Shown here piece after piece: positions 38,301 through 47,600 of a stretch of 64,000 nt of DNA. Numbering within the stretch: position 1 is the stretch's first letter; each line of letters begins with the position of its first letter. Source of the stretch: Tubulanus polymorphus (Eukaryota; Animalia; Nemertea); NCBI RefSeq assembly GCF_964204645.1, contig NC_134035.1:12990451-13054450 (forward strand), given 5' to 3'. A program made the translations under genes and the position numbers. The notes under the pieces were generated by a model. The model was given only the letters and a program-made list of their open reading frames with translations. It did no database searches and was not told the DNA's origin.

Positions 38301-41300
38301 GAACAATGTAATAGTCTTGTTCAACTTGCTAAGGTATGTGTGTAACCTTAGTACATGTAGTAGACTCAAAGCAGAGTCTGTGTTACATGCCTTCCGATGA
38401 TAATTTTTAACTATGACTGTTTACTGGGTACTACTGCCCCCTGCCGCCAACTGGGCATCACTCAGCGCATTATTAAGAGGTTTGAAATTTGATTGGGAAT
38501 AACTTCGAAGAGGCTTGATCAATGGTTCTTACTGATTCAAAGGAAATCAGGGAATTCAGGCTCTTTTCCTGCAAATCTGGTAAATTTGAGTTTTTGGTAT
38601 CTTGTTGTTCTCGCTGGTGATGAGTGGCACAAGGAACCTCTTGATAAGAAACGGCCCTCACTGAGGATATCTTATAATTTAATCAGGGAATTTGAGTTTT
38701 TGGTGTCTTGTTGTTCTTGCTGGTGACGAGTGACACAAGGAACCTCTTGATAAGAAACAGCCCTCACTGAAGATATCATATAATTTAATTATTTAATCGG
38801 GAATTTGAATTATTGGAGTCTTGTTCTTGCTGTTGACAAATGGTAAAGGGAACTTCTTGATAAAAGACAGCCCTCACTGAGGATATCAAGGAAGGAGGAA
38901 TTTTAGATTCCCTGATCTGTAAGAACCATGATCTCAAGTTGTTGCCCCTGATAATTTATCTATAACTGTTTTATGATGTATATGTATTGAATTGTATTAT
39001 CAGATGGGAGGATTGACGAACGACGGCTACGACGATAAAACATCCGACAAAAAACATGTTTTATCTCCTCATTCGGCTTACGAACATTTCATCGGTGTAA
39101 ATATACGCCGAGCGTCACAGGTAGCGACAACACAAATCATCACTGAACTTTCTGTCGTTCCCAATGTTAACATTTTTATCACTTTTCTTTTGATTCCAAT
39201 ACAGAGCTGCCAATTGGTCGTGATTTTCAGCATCCGTTACTGTTTTTATAACTACAAATACTGATTTGATTTGTTTAACGCATTTACAGAAATATGAAAG
39301 ATGTTACTGTAGGTCTTACTGTTGATAACTGATTAATTTGAACATAAATATGAAAGATGTTACTGAGGGTCTTACTGTTGATTACTGATTAATTTGAACA
39401 GAAATATGAAAGATGTTACTGAGGGTCTTACTGTTGATTACTGATTAATTCGAACAGAAATATGAAAGATGTTACTGAGGGTCTTACTGTTGATTACTGA
39501 TTAATTCGAACAGAAATATGAAAGATGTTACTGAGGGTCTTACTGTTGATTATTGATTAATTCGAACATTTTCTTTCATATTTCAATGAAATGTTACTGA
39601 AAAAGATTATATTTGTTACTGATAGCAATCATCAGACGTTGGCAGCCCTGTAAATATGATAAAGGTGGTTGGAGAGAGATTGTGTTTAAATGAATTTAAA
39701 GCTCCCCACATAAAATGATATTACTCTTTTGAAATGCAGTTTTATGCGGTAATGAATTTTCCAGTGCTCTATAGTAGAGCAATAGTAGTCTATAAAAGCT
39801 CGTCATTATGAACACAGTCTGTCTATGAATAACCCTGCCATCATTTAACATTTTATTCTTCCTCTTGCTTATTTACGGGGAACCTTTGATTCAAATCCGG
39901 CAAAACTAAAGCTTTCAGAATCATAATGTAAGGGATCATTCATTTATTACGTACGCATAAAATTTGAATTTTTCAACCCCCCTCCCCCTCTGTATGCAAA
40001 ATCGGCCATTTTTTCATATACGTTAAGCATTACAGTACGCATTGCGCTGAAATCCTCCCCCTCCCCTAATGCGTACGTAATAAATGAATGACCCCTAATC
40101 AAAAAGCTAATTGAGATATATCTTGATGCTGATGGGCTTTGTGTTGACAGTTCCATAGGTCTGAGTAAGACGAAAATTATTTCATAGTTCACCAAATTTT
40201 TTCTCAGAACTGTGGAACCGAATTTTAACTTTTGGTTTCTATTTCAGCTTTTGATGTTGTAGTAACTTGTATCGGGAATTTGTGCACTTCTATCATTACA
40301 GTTGTTTTACTTGACCCAGTTCCACTGTTATAACGTTAGTCTTCTGGTTGAATCATTGATGAAACACTCCTTGAGTACATGTTGTAACAGAAATGTAAAA
40401 TCCTCCCACAGTCTGAGAATGAAAAGTCTGAGCTAGTAGTTTGATATTCATCTTCTGGGGCCACTTTTGGTCTTAAGTTTTGACTATGGAACCGGCTCCT
40501 GGGGCCAGTTGCACAGTCGTGACTTAGGTCCAAAAATGGCCCAATCTTAAGACAGGTCTTAAGTTGTTAGATTGGCTATAGAACTAAGTTGGTCTTAGAT
40601 TGGACTTAAGTCTTTAGCCCTGACTATGCCACCGGCCCCAGGAACTGGATAACAGTATTCCGAAGATGACGTTTAAACGTTGAATAAACTAATAGCTCAA
40701 TCAAACATTTCGGAAAATTTTTCCTCCTTATACAGAGTGGAATTTCATATTATGGTTGAAAATGATATAAACTGATAACCCTGGAACCGGGTTCGTGTTG
40801 TTAATTATTTCATGCAGTTCAGTTTGAGATTGTTTACTTTCATATTATTTTCGTTTGAATATTTTGTGCGTATTTTGTTTAATCAGAATGAAGCGCAGCT
40901 CGGTGACGGATACTTGCGCTCGTTGCTCGGTAATTTCGCCGATATTTCTCCGCATACGAACAATGAAATGTTTCAAGGTTTAACGATTGACGATGCCGGA
41001 GAGGTTCGTTGTTGACGGTTTCAGTTATTTGGCACGAATTTGAACGTTGTTCTTACGCATGTCACGCATGTCTTACGCATTACTGAAAATGTGAAATATA
41101 GTGAATTGTCAAAAAATCGCGGCAAATCATTGTGAATAGATAATTTGTACGTATCTGAAAATATCCGTCAAGGCTCAATTTATACGATTCTTGAGATACA
41201 AGATCCTCAATTGTCAGTATCCCGCCTCATAGTTTTACCTTATAGTGGTATCCCAGTTGCCTTTGATTTTTAAGTTTCTACTCGAGACAACATAGCAAGC

Positions 41301-43480
41301 AATGAACTCAAACGCTATCTAATTGAGATGTCAGAAATTACTGTCCCGTCGCGATAGTTTCATTTCAATTATTAGTATCCCTACGAAAAATTTAGTACGC
41401 CCCATATACGGGGATTCTACGTAAAATTGAGCCCTGTCAGTTATTAACTTTGCATTTGCATACTTAAACCGATACCACTTTCATTGATTCGATAGTAAAA
41501 TCTCAGTAGAGCTACAAATAATACAGTAGACTGTTCCTTACTTGCATCTCATTTGGTGCCCATTTTTGCTGTGAGGTGATACTCACAGATATTCTATTAC
41601 AACGATAGTTCTGAAATATGTATTTGAATTACCAGACAAGAGAGGAAGGAGTCTACTGAATGTATATTATATAGATTTACACAGCTTCATAGAATATTCT
41701 GTAGATGTTTCTTAGTAGATCATGCTTATTTACTATCTGTCTCAAGCATAATCAGCTTTTACTGTATATTGCACTCAGTGAGGTGGCCCGACCACCTCCT
41801 CGATGTAAATGTAAGTCACCGAAACAGTTTATATCTTAATGTAGACATCATTCTTCACAGATTACTATCGATCCATTAAAATTTTAATTTTTTCAAATTT
41901 TTCTTTGAACAGCTGGCGTCGAAAGGCGACGTCAAACCGGCGGACGTGAAATTATATTTGGACGCGAGTGAAAAAGCGAAAAACGTCGTGGAAACGTATT
42001 TTCAACTGAAGAGACCGTTATATTTTGATTTTACTCATTTAGTTTGTCGCACAGCCCTGAACGGTACGTTACGGAATTAGATCGAGGTATTCATCGATTG
42101 TTTGATTTCAATTTTGAGATAATTATCTGCATTTTCTTCTTGTGTTTGTATCATCCAGAAACGAATAAAGATCGCGATGATTTAAGTCACCCGATACATT
42201 CAGATAATTGTATCATACAAGAAGATTTCACTTGTCGTAAAGAATTACCAGCTTATACGCAACGTGATTACAGGTATTATAACTCACCACACCCGTGCAG
42301 GGCTGGGCCGGGCAGGGGGCGGTGGGGTGAATTACTGGCTCAAACACAACGAGATTACAGGTATTATAACTCACCACACCCGTGCAGGGCCGGGCCGGGT
42401 TTGGGGGGAGAATTACTGGCTCATACACATTACTCTTATTAAGAGAAAATGAATTACTAACACCAGACATTAGACATTTTATCAGCATACTTTCAAAAAC
42501 TGATCGTCCACACTTCACATGTGTTCAGTGCTTCACCTGAGACGCTTTTAATCGTAAATGAACTACAAACACCAGACATAAGACATTTGATCGTCCATAC
42601 TTCATTGTTGTGTTCAGTTCTTCACCTGAGATATCAGACATATTATCAACACATTTTCAACAACTAGTGGTGAATGCCTGAAGGGGGGTACAGCTACAAG
42701 GCTGAACTAGGGGTCTATCTAAGATTTGTGTATTCTATTTTTCAGTGCCTTGTTATACCTGAACGAGGATTTTGAGGGTGGAGAATTTATATTCGCTCAC
42801 AGAAATCTATCCACACAGGTAAATAATATAATAGTTAAACAATTTGTACTACAGGATGGCGCCACTTTCCACCCGTTTACACAAATCCCCTGAGTTTTCC
42901 CTGATTTTTCCATGTGATTTCACAAAATTCCTTGAGTCAATCTGAGAAATTTCTAGGATTGAAAATTAAGTCATTTTTCATCGAATCGCATATTGACAAT
43001 AAAATGCGTGGTCAATATCATACCAGAATTCCATAAGTCTTCGAGGTTTTTGGTAAGATTTGTCAAATTCCCTGAGTTCTGATTTTTCTAGATATTTCTG
43101 ATTCCTTGAGTTTTCCAGGTCAGTGGCCACCCTGTACTACTACAAAGTTATTATTTGGCTCAGTTTGTAATCTATCAGTTATATTCATCATTTGACAAAT
43201 TGTTGTGATTAAAAAAATCAAGGATTTATACTTTTCGTTGAAATATTTGTAGGTTCTGGTTAAACCGAAATGCGGACGTTTAGTCGGTTTTAACGCGGGG
43301 GTCTACCACGGAGTGAAGGCCGTATTGAAAGGTCAGAGATGCGCGATAGCGATGTGGTACACATTGGATCCGTATTACAAAGAACAAGCTCATTCAACCG
43401 CCAGAGAAAAACTCATCTCGATCGGTAAAACTAGCGGTACTGGCGACACCGGAGTTAACATCATTAAAGATGAACTTTAA
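29304..43480 (+). CDS. P3H1: Leprecan/prolyl 3-hydroxylase family protein with two dioxygenase domains, about 984 aa. Exons: 29304-29792, 30693-30845, 33670-33844, 34179-34304, 34392-34528, 35212-35316, 35948-36247, 36657-36767, 36855-37002, 37320-37416, 37531-37612, 37695-37971, 38263-38333, [39004-39120 or 40887-41003], 41913-42063, 42159-42273, 42746-42818, 43253-43480
   Basis: Signal peptide; CxxxC/TPR region (CRVTC, CLRRC, PYNYIQLCFHK, CEAMC, HYNYLQYAYYK); catalytic motifs FTHLVCRTA, SHPIHSDNC, RDYSALLYLNEDFEGGEF, KPKCGRLVGF, YHGVKAV..GQRCAIAMW; ends KDEL*. Symbol is family-level only (P3H1/2/3 co-orthologue). Confidence 0.92.
30150..30640. mobile_element. Foldback element in P3H intron 1
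   Basis: taatgtctatttcaacctgacttgagagcatt (about 30251) is inverted at about 30532-30563, with weaker complementarity further out. Confidence 0.6.
31581..31652 (-). mobile_element. tRNA-derived SINE head or tRNA pseudogene (CTC anticodon-like loop)
   Basis: Reverse strand GTCCTGTGGCATGGTGGATAAGG...CTCTCAA...GGGTTCGAATCC has A and B boxes; stems imperfect. Confidence 0.65.
31685..33082 (-). CDS. Nested intronless gene in P3H intron 2: signal peptide + coiled coil + probable beta-propeller (TRIM/NHL-like tail), 465 aa
   Basis: 1398-nt uninterrupted ORF with the host-like CpG-rich codon style; MATVKWLVILLAAAAAAEG signal; helical residues about 28-130; IEF...GIGYL linker; short beta strands with turns (YVAVAEW, ILGVAFD, ISIYGDYLYLLD, GLAIIDDNNLIIS). 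Confidence 0.85.
   Translation of the reverse strand: MATVKWLVILLAAAAAAEGEGRNHQIPEYISQMDDIIRGIDESYNKTLADIRNQVDEISISLEVNKNALISSLKRWRESRRTILNERRTRIEKIYRDIARLNEINIGDIVITEMMNEMMNENVNAEYEERNRIEFIAGSLPDWRDGIGYLRYRKTRLAAPGSFYRVQLDPIARYSVGFFPQLIAANRDASYVAVAEWKRSILKVVSRGDDDNNTFPANDYDFRDDKILGVAFDDRKSKKFRLIILTAQNSRCLLRRYDHPNLISYRMIDISDICNNLKSTISIYGDYLYLLDDRFATRFNLDEIQIIDRRSPSVVRFRLPVGYLATWPGLVVFRRNKFAISSSDLKLFKLSEHGELSDVADIELFLNDYEITTGGNRNKPYSPGLAIIDDNNLIISIDFERGYRAILLHVRWTEDAGFDKPTVLIDVHGEDVYQISIFGETLIANIYKRKNSFIRLYNLRKIRDR
37028..37194. mobile_element. CCAGTTCCACAGTTGTGAGTTA MITE with triplicated left end; relatives at about 24080-24280, 34035-34142, 63177-63250
   Basis: gatccagttccacagttgtgagttaa ... 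taactcacaactgtgaaactggaac; three tandem 24-bp copies of the left end. Confidence 0.75.
39202..39650. mobile_element. MITE (CAG[A/G]GCTGCCAA TIR, TA flanks) carrying an expanded 56-bp array (about 5 copies); single-unit copy at about 21216-21431
   Basis: cagagctgccaa ... ttggcagccctg termini; unit gaaatatgaaagatgttactgagggtcttactgttgattactgattaattcgaaca. Confidence 0.75.
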
Positions 43481-44689
43481 GACGTCATTGATTTGATGAA
43501 TGGACGATGCATGATTCAGATTAGAAATTATAAATTGGGTTGGATTCGTCCAACGATCGTGTGCATGGGTTTAATGATGATTGTGAAATGCAGTGGAATC
43601 TTGTTCAATTCTCGTCTAGTTTTCATAAAAGACCGACGAACGTTTTACTTCTTGTCTAATTCGAGTCGAGATGATAGAATTGTTTAAAAACATATTAAAC
43701 CGAGTAAGAGCTTAATAATTCAAAATCTGCCTTACTTGATGAACTTTTCTTTCGCTCAATAAGTAAAAGCTGGAATAAGAAGGTGTAGAATTCTGAAGAA
43801 AGATTTGAACAATAAAAGAGAAAGGCAGATGTGTAAGAGTTCTGTTGATAAGAGTAAAATGCCAACGTTTTATTCATAGGAAAGATCGTTTCTATCGAGA
43901 CAAATAAAAGAATGACATGTACTGTACTTAATACAAACATGGAGATAGTAGCAATGCAAGACTATATACACTATATCACCGCTTACTGAGTAGGAATCAG
44001 TCGCCCGTTTCACAGAACGGATCCACTTAAACATTTCATCGAGGTTTCAGCAGTATTGTGTTATCAAAATAATCTAAGTAACTGTGTTAAGTGGGCCACA
44101 GGTAGCTGTGTTTCAGAAAACAAGTTAAAGAAGCTTTATAAGACCTTGAAGTAATCATTTCAAATGATTACTCCAAGATAAGACTATTGTGTTGACGTTC
44201 TGAAACGGGCAACTGGTCTGTATTTTATAATATACATTTATACGATAATCATTTCAACTTAATCGAGAATATTTGAAGATTTAAACAACTGCTGAATCTC
44301 TTTAAAAATATATCGTTATTTGGTGCTGAATTAATGCATGCATGGATATATAGATATCAGATATAAAACTGCCTCAATGTACTTTGTACGTTACCAATGA
44401 GATTTTGTAAAACTAAACATATATACAGATTTTTTTACAGATGTTTTGTTGATTTTGAATATAATAAAGTATCGTATCATAATTCATATTTAGAAGGAAT
44501 TTATGATTGGTTTTGATTTTGGATGAATTTGATTGAGGCTAGTAGTTATACGCGTGACATGTGTTACCCCGCGGTACAATGACAGCCACGGGGTACTGAC
44601 AGATGTTTTTGGTCGTGCGAATTCAGTCGTATCCAAGTACATTAGAGAACGGGATTTCGATAATTCTTATGAAAAGTTAAACGGATAAA

Positions 44690-47600
44690 ATGATATCACT
44701 AAGAAGAGTTTGTTTAGATATGAGATTGTGGTCGTTTTTTGTCGGTATTTTGATGGTGATGATGCTGAGGTATTCCGATGGACAAGAAGCCCCGGCTGGC
44801 GCTGGAGACAGGAAACACTGGAGTGAATTACCAGTCATCGGTACGTGGTTTACATTTTCATTTGTGCATTTATTTTGCGCAACAATTCGATCATTTCTAG
44901 AAGTCTACTTTCGTCTGACATCATATTTCGCTTAGTCTTTTTTTCAAGTTCACGTTTATTTCGCGGAAATCAACTAAATTGAAAACTAAAGTTACTAATT
45001 ACTATCCGATCTTTAGTTCACTTGTGACGGCAAGAAATGATTCGAAATTAAGTTGCACACGTAAATGTGTGAAGAATTCTGAAAAATGATGACACATTAA
45101 ATCTGGTTTAGGTTGTAGAGCGGAACTATGCCACACAATTACACCGTATCCGCCGAGTCCAAACGAGTATTTCTGAATCCTTGAAATTGCTTGAATATTT
45201 CTAAATAGTCATAATTTTTGAAATACGAGCTTGACAGTGGCGTTTTCTGGAGCCTTCAAGGCAAAATATTCAAATTCGGAACTAAAAAAATGCGGAACTT
45301 GGATTGAAAAAGTGGTGTCGTCTGCCCCTCCTCTCCCAGACCGCCCTCTGGTGACGCCCATGGGTTGAGACGATACACATTTTCGATATAAGATGAACTT
45401 AAAAAGATTAAAACCCACTATCTACAGATTAAAAGAACACCTGACGATGATCTCTAGGGTGAGATCGAAACGTTGTGTTTATCATAAATTTTAGATTGTT
45501 GGAATAAATAAATTCTTGATTTTAAATTCTTTTAATCTGTAGATAGTGGGTTTTAATCTTTTTATCCGTTCACCACGTTTTAGTGTGGTTATCGTACTAA
45601 TAAGATGAACTTGTAGAATCGCCTACAATAAATCCAGCAAAAAAACCACGATAAATATGCTACATATGAATGGATAAAATACATTTTTTTTAATTTTCAT
45701 TAATTTATCAAACCTGGTATTTTGTATAAAGGTATAATGGCCCAGGAAACTCAAAAAGAGGATCTGAAGAAACAAGGGAATTCGATAATAAACGGGATGC
45801 CGGTGAAATTCTTACAAATGGGAGCTATGAGAGTTGTACCGATCAGGTGCGTGCCAATAACACACATCCCTATACGCAGGACTCACAACCGTGCAATTTG
45901 ATCTTGAGTCACAGTTTACTCTAACTCACAACTGTGGATCTGAATCCTTAGTTCAGAAATAACTCTTACCCACAGCTGTGGAACTGGATCCTTAGTTCAG
46001 AGTTAACTCTAACCCACAGCTGTGGATCTGAATCCTTAGTTCACAGTTAACTCTAACCCACAGCTGTGGATCTGAATCCTTAGTTCAGAGTTAACTCTAA
46101 CCCACAGCGGTGGATCTGGATCCTTAGTTCAGAGTTAACTCTAACTCACAGCTGTAGAACTGGATCCTGAGTTCAGAGTTAAATCTAAATTCACAACTGC
46201 GGAACTGGATCCTGAGTTCACAGTTAACTTTAACTCACAACTGTGGAACTGGATCCTGAGTTCCGAGTTAACTTTAACTCACAACTGTGGAACTGGATTC
46301 AGGAGGATAAGCTGAAATATCACACTTGCCGAAATGACATAATTAAAAAACTACATGTATAACGTTTTTCATTTATTGCTTATAAATCCCGTGAAAAGCG
46401 ATTTCGCCGGTGAAACGTGTGACCAATTCTAAAACAATTAATTCTAATGATATTTGATTAAATATTTAATCGGTTAATCACATCTGGCTCCGGTCGATTT
46501 CATGGATACATAAAAAACTTATTTATTTAGATTTAATTGGATTTTCGAATTTTTTTTTGGTGTAATTACAGACTGCACAAAACAGAAGCCTATTATAAAC
46601 AACTGTTTGGATATCTAAACGGGTAAGCGACCCTTGAGCTTTACCTGAAGGTGACGTGATTCACAAATTACAAATCATAAAGGATCCCAATTTTGCTAAA
46701 TACCACGAGTCAAACTTGTCAACCAGCTGCAACCATATTCTAAAACTCCGGGATTCGTCCATGACTTTCAGTATATTGCAGCATATGTTCTTCACCATGA
46801 AGCAATAGTTCAAGGGTGTTAGCGGTAGAAATACAAAACAGTAACATATTGCGTCAAATCGTACACAGCCTATATACTTGAATGGTGTTATGCAGTTTTC
46901 ATAAAAATTGAAGTGATCATGAAAATTACAGTGAATTTCTGGTTATATTACAAGTAACAGCAGCTCCTAGAAGCTTAGTTTTACATGATATATACATTTT
47001 ATAGCGTATGATTAATTCATCATCAAAGTTTCATCATGAAGCGTAAAACAACGCCCCGGCTAGAATCCAGCGCAACACCGCCCCGGCTAGAATCCAGCGC
47101 AACACCGCCTCGGCTAGAATCCAGCGCAACAACGCCTCGGCTAGAATCCAGCGCAACAACGCCCCGGCTAGAATACAGCGCAACACCGCCCCGGCTAGAA
47201 TACAGCGCAACACCGCCCCGGCTAAATCCAGAAATCAGTTGATTTTCAGAGTCAAATTCAACTCAGAACTGTTGAACTGGATTATGTTCATTTTCGTCTT
47301 GTTATAAAGCACTACGCGGTTCAAGTAGTGGATGTTTTTAATGCATTTTTAGATTGTTATTACCGGGTGGATCTATCAATGTAACTGGTAATGAATATTG
47401 GAGAGTTGGTAATTATTTCTTCAACTGGGCGAAACAGGTAAAACATGAGTCAAACTCGCTTAAAGTCGTTTTGTCTGGTACCAGTCATAATCATGAAAAC
47501 TTATCCAAATAACGACTTACAATATTATTTGTAAATTGAATTGCAACTGAGACACAACTGTAGAGACTTATCCAAATGATGACTTACACTTAGTAGATTG

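Noticed and set aside
47036-47242. (PRLESSATP)n ORF; likewise 54399-54668 and 6019-6309
   Set aside because: Translations of intronic minisatellites or repeats
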